Positions 41,193 through 50,669 of a DNA stretch of 64,000 bases are shown here, piece after piece (positions within the stretch are counted from its first letter, which is position 1; the number at the start of each line of letters is the position of its first letter). The stretch covers positions 10,137 to 74,136 of the forward strand of contig CAWAIK010000020.1 in the NCBI GenBank assembly GCA_963782115.1, written 5' to 3'. A model generated the notes under the pieces. It made no database searches, was not told the origin of the DNA, and was given only the letters and a program-made list of their open reading frames with translations. Source of the stretch: an uncultured Verrucomicrobiae bacterium (GTDB taxonomy: Bacteria > Verrucomicrobiota > Verrucomicrobiia > Chthoniobacterales > JAFAMB01). A program made the translations under genes and the position numbers.

Positions 41193-41738
41193 ATGCGAGT
41201 CCTCGGCAGGCCAACCCACAAGCGAAACTTACAGGAGTTGATTGAAGAGTATCGACGAACTCTCCTTCACGGTAGCTCATTTGAATTGCGCGAATTCGCA
41301 ATGTGGGCAATCCGCGAACGACGTTGGGCTCCTCCTATAAAGTCTGCGATCGATCTCCTTGTAAGTGAGGCGGGCGCTGCGCTTCGCGAGGAATATTTCA
41401 CTGATAACCAAGGCCGACGTGTGCGAAAGAAGCACGTCGTTCGCGTTAAGGTGGAAGATGAATTCGGGAATAAGAAGCAGCTGACACTTTGGAACGATAT
41501 AACCACTGCACCGCCAGAGCACATGCTCGCAAGTCTTCAGCAGCGGCGTATGGGCATTGCAGACGACTGCTGGCAGCTTAAACAGGACTTGGACTCTTAC
41601 AACGACAACTGGAATCCAGGTGAGCGCATTCAGATTTGGTTCGACTTCATCGAGGATATGGAAGAGCGCGAATTATCAGCGCACTATCCTAGCGCCTATT
41701 TTGACGAGGAGGAATCCGCCGAGGAAACCGGGGAGTAA
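41193..41738 (+). CDS. hypothetical protein with acidic C-terminal tail
   Basis: 181-aa ORF lying 14 nt after the Xre-ImmA gene on the same strand. No motif I recognise. Ends ...YFDEEESAEETGE. Confidence 0.5.
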   Translation: MRVLGRPTHKRNLQELIEEYRRTLLHGSSFELREFAMWAIRERRWAPPIKSAIDLLVSEAGAALREEYFTDNQGRRVRKKHVVRVKVEDEFGNKKQLTLWNDITTAPPEHMLASLQQRRMGIADDCWQLKQDLDSYNDNWNPGERIQIWFDFIEDMEERELSAHYPSAYFDEEESAEETGE

Positions 41739-41769
41739 GATTTGGCACGCCAAAACGGTAAAATCACAC

Positions 41770-42102
41770 ATGCCGAATCGGGATATTAAGCACCTAGAAC
41801 ACCGCAGCGCAAAGTTTGCGCAAAAAGTGAAATGGATTCGTGCGTTCGCACCGCAAGGTGACGATCAAAGCTGGGAACTCATTTTGGCAATCAATACCCT
41901 GCGAAATAAGGTCGCACATAAATTGGATGGTCCAGAAAGGGCAGAGGCATTGCAAAAGCTGAGCAACGAATTGGACCGATCTTTTAAAGCCGACGGATCT
42001 GTCGCCAGCAATCCAAACTTGGATGACTACAAAATAGTCCTAATCTCTTCGATGAATTCGATTGCCTTCCTCGTGCATCTGCGAACGGAGGTAATAAGGT
42101 GA
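41770..42102 (+). CDS. small hypothetical protein with HEPN-like R-x4-H motif
   Basis: 110 aa from ATG at 41770. It contains ...ILAINTLRNKVAHKLDG... (RNxxxH, the HEPN-type motif) in a predicted all-helical context. The assignment is tentative. Confidence 0.35.
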   Translation: MPNRDIKHLEHRSAKFAQKVKWIRAFAPQGDDQSWELILAINTLRNKVAHKLDGPERAEALQKLSNELDRSFKADGSVASNPNLDDYKIVLISSMNSIAFLVHLRTEVIR

Positions 42103-42121
42103 CTTACCGGCTCACCGCGCC

Positions 42122-42304
42122 TTGCGCCGACGCTTCGCCAGCCAAGCTGCGACTGCCGCAATGATCACAAACTTTTTGGAGAACGGAGGAACTTCGGAAG
42201 TGGCACAACGGATCGCTGGCCGAGCCGACAGCCGGACGACGAAACTTTATGACCGCCGCGGCCAGAAAGCCTTAGTCGAGGACATGGAGCGGATTCGGTA
42301 TTAG
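42122..42304 (+). pseudogene. tyrosine recombinase (phage-type integrase), C-terminal fragment only
   Basis: ...RRRFASQAATAAMITNFLENGGTSEVAQRIAGRADSRTTKLYDRR matches the box II region (H.LR.T..T.....G......Q...GH....TT..Y). His is replaced by Arg, and no upstream catalytic domain is present. Confidence 0.5.
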
Positions 42305-44404
42305 AAACCGCTTACGATAAAGAACGGGTTTCCGGGATGAGACGGAATTGCAAAACACATCGAAGATGAATATCATTCAAGGACCTCTGCCATACAAAGG
42401 CCCATTAGCAGAATTCGGAGTTAAATGGCTTGGAGACCATAGTGCGGCGGAGGATGCCTTGCGAGACTGCCTCCAAACGCCAACCACTGAGCGAGCCGTG
42501 CAATCGGTTCTTGAAGAGCATCCAGTTCTATTAGCCAGAAGAGCGGCGCGATCTCGCGCATGGTATGGAGATCATTCATCATTATCCGCCGGAACTCTTG
42601 GTTCTGCTGATTGAAACGATTCCCAAACTTTGTAAATCAAAAAAAGATCTGCTTACCTTCTTCAGAGGATCCGGCGTCGATCATGGCCTGATCGCGCCGT
42701 ACGAGAGCCTTCTCGCAACGAATAAAGATCAGTTCCATAAATACAGTGTTTCCCGGGAGCTGCTTACGCGCCTGAACGATTTAGGTGAGCGAACTCTTCG
42801 CGAGCGACGTGAAATACTATTAGCGGCGGAAACGGGAACGGCAACGGGGAGAAGCGTTTTCACGGGATTTAGATGGCTGGACTGAAACATCCTCCACATC
42901 GAATCAATCGTTAAACCACCGCACGTACCCTTTCGGGCCATTGAAATCGATCTTGAGAACAACTAATTACGTAAGAAAAGGAGGGCTTCGCTTATGCTGC
43001 GACGAAAGTTCATTCGGATTAGAAGTGATCCAAGAAGGCTGGGCCGTTATCAGGCTGGGAATCCATTATGGCCACTTGAGGAGTTGCATGACCTCCATAA
43101 ACCGCCATTTGTTGCCGAGGCGGAATTCACTCCATTCGACATCGACGCTCTTAGATGTAACCCTCAAAGCGCTCCGGCGTTGCCAGGCGACCGCGTGCAA
43201 GTTCGCCCGCCAAAACACCGGCGCTCGAGTACCGTTCGAAGGGAATTTCCAATCCCGCAGTTAGTCGCGGGACTACCCTGGCGCTTCGCTCAACACATTA
43301 AACGGCCCGTCGTACCCGAAGTAGAGTTTGCTCCTTTGGATCTGCCGTACATGAGCCGATAATGGATCCGCACGCTGTAAACGCTGCCGGTTTATTTGGC
43401 GTGCATGGTGGACCGGGATTTTGGCCTTAAGGAAGCGGAGTCCGAAATTGCGGCAAAGCAGACGCTTCACGAGAGCCGCAACCGGGTTTCGCATGCGGCT
43501 TCGCAGGCAGTTTTTGCAAGGTGGTTTAATTAATAGGGACCGAAGGCAACCTTTCTATTCTCGAGTTTCAACAGCAGATCAATCCTGCGAACGCCAAGAG
43601 CGTGGTCTTGTCGTTCGAATTCCGTCACCAGCCGTTGGATCTCTTGGCGGCATCGCCGCTTCCTAACGTAGCCTCTTCAAAAGAGGATGCCTTTGTTCGG
43701 CAAAAAAACTACCACTAAAATCTGTGGTCGAGGTTTTGCGCGAACACCCGCAATCCGGGGAGAACAATTTCAAATTTCTCATTTGGACTGAAGAGAAAAA
43801 AGGTTTCACTAAATATTGGGTGGAACGTAAGTCTTTGTAATACCCAAGCGGCTCTCCCAAGGAACATACTACAAGTTTCAACGATCGAGAGGACGGCAGC
43901 GACTCGGGGTGCGGGCTGTCGGTTTCCAACGTGGATCCCGTTCTTTCTTCCCCAGCGCCACCGGTCGCATCGAGTATTCTGGAGCGTCATTGCTCAGCTC
44001 CAGAATGGGATATTTACTCAGACGGACACGCCCCAATCGCTCCGGTATGACTTTTCCGGTTTGGCTCGCACGGGGTGATCCTACCATCTTCGTGGATCAC
44101 CATTTGTCCGCAGGGATCGCCGCTCAATGAGATTTCGTAGGTTCCTTCCGTAACCCAATGCAGTCGTCGTTTCTCGGCCCCGCATCAGCTCTTTTATGAC
44201 CGACGCGGTTAATGTGCCCGCGAGGATGTAGGACGGCTATCCCAACCCTTGGAATTTTTCCTGCTTTGCCGTCAATCAGCTGTAAATAAATTGGTTGCAG
44301 AAAATCTCGGACTCGGGTGAATCGGAGCGTGCAGAGGTTTGGCTTGCCTCCCGCGTGGGGCCGTTGCTGAGCTTGTGGTTATTCGGCGAAAGTAAACACG
44401 CAAC

Positions 44405-44719
44405 ATGAAAACGTTGTACTTAATGTGCGGGCTTTCATTCTCTGGCAAGACGACCCTTGCCGGCAAGATCGTCGAGAGGCTGCAATGCGCGTACATTAGT
44501 CTCGACGACATAAACGCCGAACGGGGGCTTTGGGGCGGGGACGGCATTTCGGTTCGAGAATGGGAACGCACGCACGAGTTGGCCCGCGAGCGGTTGGCAA
44601 CATGGATGGTCACCGGGAAAGATGCTGTAGTGGACGACGTCAATAATCTTCGGTGGCTACGCGACCGCTGGCGCGTTGCGGCGAGGTCCAGCTGCTATAG
44701 CACAGTAGTTATCTACCTA
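44405..44719 (+). pseudogene. P-loop (AAA_33/zeta-toxin-like) kinase, 5' part, interrupted by an IS
   Basis: MKTLYLMCGLSFSGKTTLAGKIV (Walker A)...VVDDVNN...TVVIYL, then IS sequence. The ORF resumes at 46600. Confidence 0.7.
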
Positions 44720-46599
44720 CAACTAGTCCCACAGATTGTGTTCGAATGTAGATTTGGACACAATTAGTTGTGTTTCCGGGTCGAATTTTCTCGATTTTCG
44801 CGAAAGCAATGTCTTATAAAGATTCCCCATGCATTGCGAGCCTCCCCCGATCACGTTTATCCCCTGTGAAGAGCATTTTCGTCCGGTATTGCCGACCATC
44901 GAAGGCAATGTCGATTACCTTGCCTTACGGGGACAGCTCACCACCATGGATGAGTTGTTGTCTACAAGCGGCGTAGAAAAGGAGTTCGTGAGGCGCAGCT
45001 TGAATCATTGGATCAAAACACTGAGCGAGAGCAAAGTGGAACAGATAGAGCTCTCGGGCGAAGGTCAAAGCGGAGTGATCCGGTTGGAAGATCTGGTCAG
45101 TGGAAAACAACAGGTCCGTTTTCAAGAACATTCTATCCGAGCGTTGCGATGTTCGATTGCGCGCACGTTGTTAGTGGGAAGCTTCCGTGATTTCGCGGCG
45201 CGACTGGCTGATAGTCCGCTGCTGCAATGGTTCTGCAAGGTCGCGCAGCTTGATCGGGTCAAGGTGCCAGCCAAAAGCACCGTCCAACGCTATGCGACCT
45301 GGTTGCCTGAAGAAGAGATGCGGGAGGTCATCAATGGCCTCCTGCGCAAAGCAGGAGCCGCGGTGGCCGATGGCAAACAGGCGCTTGATCTGGAGGAACC
45401 CTTGGATCTGAGCACGATGTTTTTGGACACCACCTGTGTGAAAGCTAACATTCATTTTCCGGTCGATTGGGTGCTTTTGCGCGACGGAGTCAAGAGCCTG
45501 ATGCAGTCGGTGGAACTGATCCGCTCGCACGGGCTCAAATCACGGATGTGCGAGCCACAAGTATTCATCACCCAGATCAACCGCTTGTCGATGGAAATGA
45601 CTCACACCCGCCGCAAGAAGAACGGCAAAAAAGAGCGCAAGCGGGTGTTGCGAGAGATGAAGAGGGTGGTGACCGTGGTGCGTGCCCATGCCCAGCGTTA
45701 CCACAAGCTGCTCGATGAGAACTGGCAAGCGACGGACTGGACCCGCCCGCAGGCCGAGCAGGTTCTCAAGCGCCTGGAATCGATTCTCGAAGCTCTGCCA
45801 CTGGCTGTTAAACAGGCCCATGAACGCATCATTGGAGAGCGGCAAGTAGCCAATGACGAAAAGCTGCTGAGCCTCTTTGAGCCCAACATCCACGTCATCG
45901 TTCGTGGCAAAGCCGGGGAGGAGGTCGAGTTTGGCAACTTGTTAGTTCTGGGCGAACAGATCGATGGGTTGATTATCGATTGGGAACTGTTCAAAGAGAA
46001 AGTACCTGCCGATCCGCGGTTAGTGCGCCCGAGCGTCGAGAGGGTGGAAAGCGGCCTCAAAGTGGCGATCAAGAGTTTGGTCACCGACCGTGGTTTTGAT
46101 AACAAAATCACCGTCCAGTGGCTTGAGGAGCGTGGGACATTTGCCAGGCTCTGCCCACGTGATCCGCGCGCTCTGCGCGAGGCCATGAAGGATGAAGACT
46201 TTGCCCAAGCGCAGCGCCGCAGAGCACAGACTGAAGCGCGCATCGCGATATTTAAAAATGAATTTCTCGGACGACCGATGCGTTCGGAGGGCTTTGAGAA
46301 CCGCGCCTTGCAAGTGGCCTGGGGAATACTCACTCACAATTTATGGGTGTTAGCCGAGAAATTGCGGGAGCAGCGAAGGCTCCAGGAGCAAAAGCTTAGG
46401 CAAGCGGCCTAAGAAACATCGCAAAAAAGTTAGAATCAATGCTCAGTGCCAGAGGTGTCCCTCGGGCTGGCGCTATTTTGCCTTCTTTCCGAATAAAATA
46501 TTTAATAACACTCACAAATAAAGTTCTAAGTGGCAAATTCTTGCAATGCGAAATCTTGCAACATGTGTTGCACGGGGAAAGCGCATTTTCGGGACGGAC
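44720..46599 (+). mobile_element. insertion sequence (IS4/IS5-superfamily DDE transposase), 1,880 bp, 8-bp target duplication
   Basis: Direct repeat TCTACCTA at 44712-44719 and 46600-46607. Removing the element and one repeat copy restores ...VVIYLDIPYKELVARR... of the kinase. Clear terminal inverted repeats were not found by eye. Confidence 0.7.
44829..46412 (+). CDS. DDE transposase (IS4/IS5 superfamily)
   Basis: 527-aa intact ORF, e.g. ...FLDTTCVKANIHFPVDWVLL..., ...LVTDRGFDN..., ...RAQTEARIAIFKNEFLGRP... Confidence 0.7.
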   Translation: MHCEPPPITFIPCEEHFRPVLPTIEGNVDYLALRGQLTTMDELLSTSGVEKEFVRRSLNHWIKTLSESKVEQIELSGEGQSGVIRLEDLVSGKQQVRFQEHSIRALRCSIARTLLVGSFRDFAARLADSPLLQWFCKVAQLDRVKVPAKSTVQRYATWLPEEEMREVINGLLRKAGAAVADGKQALDLEEPLDLSTMFLDTTCVKANIHFPVDWVLLRDGVKSLMQSVELIRSHGLKSRMCEPQVFITQINRLSMEMTHTRRKKNGKKERKRVLREMKRVVTVVRAHAQRYHKLLDENWQATDWTRPQAEQVLKRLESILEALPLAVKQAHERIIGERQVANDEKLLSLFEPNIHVIVRGKAGEEVEFGNLLVLGEQIDGLIIDWELFKEKVPADPRLVRPSVERVESGLKVAIKSLVTDRGFDNKITVQWLEERGTFARLCPRDPRALREAMKDEDFAQAQRRRAQTEARIAIFKNEFLGRPMRSEGFENRALQVAWGILTHNLWVLAEKLREQRRLQEQKLRQAA

Positions 46600-46799
46600 T
46601 CTACCTAGACATCCCATACAAAGAACTGGTCGCGCGGCGTCGCGCGAACCGGGTCACCGCCGAGCGGAAAGGCAACACTGAAGCGGTCTGGGCGGAGCAC
46701 ATGAGTGACTTCGAGCCGCCGGGCACAGACGAGCACGTCCTTCGGTATGGATTGGCGGAGGACGCGGCATCGTGGGTAATGGACCACTTTCGCCCGTAG
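46600..46799 (+). pseudogene. P-loop kinase, 3' part (continuation of 44405-44719)
   Basis: ...LYLDIPYKELVARRRANRVTAERKGNTEAVWAEHMSDFEPPGTDEHVLRY... Confidence 0.65.
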
Positions 46800-46975
46800 A
46801 CGCCGGCTTCTGCTTCACGTTTGCGCGTTGTTGGCTGATTTGGCCTCCGGAAACCGTCGGGAAAAGGTACGCGAAAAATCCGGGCAACGGGTCCTAAATC
46901 CAAGCGTTTGAAGAAAAGCCGCAAACTGCACCTTTGAATTCTCCGGTGGTATGGTGGTAATTGTGCACCAAGTCT

Positions 46976-47629
46976 TTACCAAAGCGTGCTGCGCGCACGT
47001 TCTGGCCAGTTCCTGTCGTATTCTTGACCACCAACCCGGTGCTGACTTAAATGAGCCAAGATTTCGCCGGGGGTCGGTAGATCTTGCCGTTCTTGCGCTG
47101 TCTCCCAAAGTTTTGATCGAATAATCGCCCGCGCACATTGGAAATAGACGGCTTCCACGTACACAATCATCACGGTCCTAGGAAGTTGGTTCTCTATGGC
47201 AAACGACTGTAACAGCGGAGCGTCAGTATTCAGTTGCGCTCGGCCGTTGACCCGCAATGTGGTCCCATTTCCCGGAATGAGGAAAAGCAAAGCGACACGT
47301 GGATCGCGAATAATGTTCCGGAGTGAGTCAATCCGATTGTTTCCCCGTCGATCCGGGAGCAGCAGCGTCTTCTCGTCATGAACTCGGACAAAACCCGGTA
47401 AATCTCCCCTCGGCGAACAGTCCAAACCTTCCGGCCCGGCGGTCGCCAGTACTGCGAACGGAGAAGCTTCGATCAATCTCCGGTAGTGAGGGATAATGGC
47501 ATCGACTTGTTTAACGATCGACGCCTCAGCGGGAGAAGCGTAAATCGCTTCCAGCTCTTGCAGGGTGGTCAGGATTCCCATCCGCCAAATTCCCGCAAAA
47601 GGATTGAGCTCGCAACCGGGCCGAGCCAC
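46976..47629 (-). CDS. pyridoxamine 5'-phosphate oxidase-related FMN-binding protein
   Basis: ...FAVLATAGPEGLDCSPRGDLPGFVRVHDEKTLLLPDRRGNNRIDSLRNIIRDPRVALLFLIPG...TLRVNG.A. Confidence 0.65.
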   Translation of the reverse strand: MARPGCELNPFAGIWRMGILTTLQELEAIYASPAEASIVKQVDAIIPHYRRLIEASPFAVLATAGPEGLDCSPRGDLPGFVRVHDEKTLLLPDRRGNNRIDSLRNIIRDPRVALLFLIPGNGTTLRVNGRAQLNTDAPLLQSFAIENQLPRTVMIVYVEAVYFQCARAIIRSKLWETAQERQDLPTPGEILAHLSQHRVGGQEYDRNWPERARSTLW

Positions 47630-47927
47630 CTCAACCGCATCAACCCGCTGGTGCTCAACGACGTAAAAACCAAACCATACCGCCAGATGGGGTTAGTCGA
47701 ACGCTTACCAACAAGCGCCAGAGCAACCCCACTGGTCAGCCAAGGTTTTTCAGTTTCAAGGAGGCAGGACCTTTATAATAACGTGCACGGCGGGCAGTTA
47801 AGAGCACCCCACGGGCAAGCGCGCGTGAAGATTTGAGAAAGAAAATCGCGCTCGGCGGACCTCGCTGTTTTCAGAAAAGGCCCATAAGTTTTGGTGTGGC
47901 CAAGATGCCAAACCCCATCGACTTCCT

Positions 47928-48464
47928 ATGACTCGGAACGTAGAAATCAAGGCTCGAGTGCCTGATTTGGCAGCTCTCCGTAAACGCGTTGTCGAGGTGT
48001 CAGCCTCGGGACCCGAGCTTCTCGTTCAGCGAGACACCTTTTACACCGTGCTCCAAGGGCGTTTGAAGTTGCGCGAGTTCGGTGACGGGACCTCCGAGCT
48101 CATCTACTACGAGCGGCCCGACAAAGCCGGACCGAAAACATCGAAATACACGAGGACGCAAATATCGGACGGCGCGTCGATGCGTGAGTTGCTCGGGCAA
48201 ATCCTCGAGACGAAGGCCGTCGTCGCCAAACGGCGCGAGGTATTCTTGGCTGGCAGGACGCGCATCCATTTGGATGAGGTCGATGGCTTGGGCACGTTCA
48301 TGGAATTGGAGGTCGTGCTTGCCGAGGACGAGACGGATTCGGATGGCGAGCGAATCGCGTCCGTCTTGATGGGACAGCTCGGTGTTCGCCAAGAGGACCT
48401 CATCGAGCAGGCGTACGTTGACTTGCTGGGAGACCAGCGATCGTCACTTTGCGCTTCGCTGTAG
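47928..48464 (+). CDS. CYTH-domain protein (class IV adenylate cyclase/CyaB-like)
   Basis: 178 aa. N-terminal NVEIKARV, ...LRLRE..., ...RTRIHLDEVDGLGTFMELEVVL... is typical of the CYTH fold. Confidence 0.65.
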   Translation: MTRNVEIKARVPDLAALRKRVVEVSASGPELLVQRDTFYTVLQGRLKLREFGDGTSELIYYERPDKAGPKTSKYTRTQISDGASMRELLGQILETKAVVAKRREVFLAGRTRIHLDEVDGLGTFMELEVVLAEDETDSDGERIASVLMGQLGVRQEDLIEQAYVDLLGDQRSSLCASL

Positions 48465-48476
48465 CGTCGTTTGCTG

Positions 48477-48638
48477 ATGTTCACTTTGTCTGCCCCAATC
48501 GCTGCTTTTAACGGTGGGATGTTAGTCGATCCGGGCACTATGAAGGTGTTAACGCGACAGACGCTCAACGACGAAACCGCGCGATCTGTGATTGAACTTG
48601 TCGACGGATACGGCTTGGATGTCTGGGTTTGGTATTGA
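48477..48638 (+). pseudogene. Cof-type HAD phosphatase internal fragment
   Basis: The 53-aa ORF MFTLSAPIAAFNGGMLVDPGTMKVLTRQTLNDETARSVIELVDGYGLDVWVWY resembles only the ...I..NGa.i.d... segment of Cof-like hydrolases. Confidence 0.3.
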
Positions 48639-48890
48639 GCTAATCGGATTAGACTCGACTCCGGTGCCCGTTTGCAGTGCCGCACCGGAATGGGAGAACG
48701 CCGGCTAAGTTTCGAGCGGTCTAAACGCTCGGAGTAGACGAAGGAACTCCAAGCCGACGAAAAGTTCCCAACTTTAATGTCCGCCCAAAATCGGCGGAAG
48801 CCAAAGTCTCCAACTTTGGAAACGACTTGAAAACGCACGGTCCAGAAGTAAAGGTCCCAACTTTAATGTTCAGTCACATCAGTGGGCTTC

Positions 48891-49871
48891 CTACCAGCCC
48901 AGGACCCAGGAAAAAATCAATGGAACCACGATGGTGGCGTCCGATTCGATAATGAATTTTGGGGTGTCCAGAGAAAGCTTACCCCAGGTGATTTTTTCGT
49001 TTGGTACCGCGCCGGAATACGATCCGTAGCTGGTGGTCGAATCGCTGATCTGGCAAAAGTAACCCCAGCGTGGAATGTTTATTCGTTGCAGGTCTTGATG
49101 AAGCATCGGCACGACGCAAATCGGGAAGTCACCCGCGATACCGCCGGCAATCTGGAAGAACCCAATCGAAGAATGTTCCGAAGTCTTGGTGTACCAATCG
49201 GCCAGCGCGATCATGTATTCGATTCCGGTCCGAACGGTATGAACATTCTTCACGTCGGCCGATATGCAATGGCCGGCGTACATGTTTCCAAGAGTCGAAT
49301 CTTCCCATCCTGGAACGAATATCGGAAGATCCTTTTGCATGGCCGCATACAACCAGCTCTCTTTTGGATCAATCTCGTAATACTTGCTCAGCCGGTCATC
49401 GCGCAGGATCGAATAGAAAAATTGGTGTGGAAACTGTTTCTGCCCTTCCTGGTCGGCATGTATCCATTCTCGCAAAACGGCCTTTTCGATTCGGCGCATC
49501 GCTTCTCCTTCCGGGATGCAAGTGTCCGTCACCCGATTCAGGTGCTGGTCGAGAAGAGCTTGTTCGTCTTCGCCCTTGAGTTCGCGCCAGTTCGGAATGC
49601 GCTTGTAATGATGATGTGCGACCAGGTTGAAGACATCTTCTTCAAGGTTCGCGCCGGTGCAACAGATCGCGTGGACCTTGTCTTGGCGAATCATCTCGGC
49701 AAGCGAAAGCCCGAGTTCGGCGGTGCTCATCGCGCCGGCGACCGTAACCAGCATTTTGCCGCCCTTCTCCAGGTGATCCGTATAGCCTTGTGCGGCATCT
49801 TTCAAGGTTGCCGCATTAAAGTGCCGGAAATGATGCGAGATGAACTCCGAAATAGTTTTCATTGGTGTCAA
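48891..49871 (-). CDS. deoxyhypusine synthase family protein
   Basis: 326 aa: ...LVTVAGAMSTAELG...AICCTGANLEEDVFNLV...GWEDSTLGN...FQIAGGIAGDFP...: DHS-like NAD-binding fold motifs. Confidence 0.75.
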   Translation of the reverse strand: MTPMKTISEFISHHFRHFNAATLKDAAQGYTDHLEKGGKMLVTVAGAMSTAELGLSLAEMIRQDKVHAICCTGANLEEDVFNLVAHHHYKRIPNWRELKGEDEQALLDQHLNRVTDTCIPEGEAMRRIEKAVLREWIHADQEGQKQFPHQFFYSILRDDRLSKYYEIDPKESWLYAAMQKDLPIFVPGWEDSTLGNMYAGHCISADVKNVHTVRTGIEYMIALADWYTKTSEHSSIGFFQIAGGIAGDFPICVVPMLHQDLQRINIPRWGYFCQISDSTTSYGSYSGAVPNEKITWGKLSLDTPKFIIESDATIVVPLIFSWVLGW

Positions 49872-50088
49872 AGCAGGTTACCGGTTTGGTGCGCAGTTCA
49901 AAGGGATTTTCGGGTTGCAGATTAAAAACTCGCCTTTGGATCCCTCTCGGCCGGTGGTCCGGGCGAAAGGTCTCACGATTTTCTCGGTGTTAATTCGATC
50001 AATACTTCACCTTGTGAATGGGAAAACGCACAGCCGCATATCGAGGAAATGTTTGCATGCTTCCGTAGGCAATTGTAGACAGAAGGAA

Positions 50089-50616
50089 ATGGATGTGATG
50101 AGAATTTTCCACGTGGTTCTCGTGACGTTGTTGCCCTTCTCAAGCGTTCTAGCCCAAGGGGCTGCCGAGTCAGCGAAAACCGAAGCTCTGGCGCTGAAGG
50201 CTCAAACGGTTGAGCTCGAGAGTTTGAAAGCGGAGATCAAAGCCCAGGGGGAGAAGATCGATCGCCTGACTGAAGACGTAGCAGCGTTGAGTGAGATGCT
50301 TAAGCAGAAATCCGCTCCGGCTGTTTCCAAAGCTGAACCGGCGCCGGCAGCAACACCGACCGCTGCCAATCCCGCCGCAGCGAATCCGTCGGCGACGACC
50401 GCTGGAGTGGAAAATCCCGCTCCAGCCGATAGCGCAAACACGAAGACGCACATTGTCGCGAAAGGAGAGACATTGACTCAAATCTCCAAGCAGTACGGTG
50501 TCCCTGTCGATGAGATTGAGCAGTTGAATAAGATCGGAGACGCGAAAAAGCTGCAGGCAGGACAGACAATCAAGATTCCAGTCTCACCGGCGGCGACTGC
50601 GTCTCCAACACCTTAG
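50089..50616 (+). CDS. secreted coiled-coil / LysM-domain protein
   Basis: From ATG at 50089: a signal peptide (VVLVTLLPFSSVLAQG), a coiled-coil segment, an Ala/Pro-rich linker and C-terminal LysM HIVAKGETLTQISKQYGVPVDEIEQLNKIGDAKKLQAGQTIKIP. Confidence 0.65.
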   Translation: MDVMRIFHVVLVTLLPFSSVLAQGAAESAKTEALALKAQTVELESLKAEIKAQGEKIDRLTEDVAALSEMLKQKSAPAVSKAEPAPAATPTAANPAAANPSATTAGVENPAPADSANTKTHIVAKGETLTQISKQYGVPVDEIEQLNKIGDAKKLQAGQTIKIPVSPAATASPTP

Positions 50617-50669
50617 CGCATTCGGCGATCATGATTTGCTTTCGACCGCGAAAATCGGTAGTATTCGTT

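Noticed and set aside
43273-43494. Possible IS66-family accessory protein (TnpB/Orf2) remnant on the minus strand
   Set aside because: There is only loose resemblance (…DPLSAHV…KLYFGYDGPF…) with an unexplained insertion. This cannot be supported without a profile search.
35671-48890. Tn7-like or CRISPR-associated transposon (CAST) downstream of glmS
   Set aside because: The position is right, but I could find no TnsA/TnsB/TnsC/TniQ-like ORFs, no cas genes and no CRISPR array. Only unrelated gene fragments, other IS types and recombinase remnants are present. It is kept as a hotspot observation only.
48882-49925. 347-aa plus-strand ORF
   Set aside because: It is antisense to the deoxyhypusine-synthase-family gene, which has clear family motifs. 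The plus-strand product has none.
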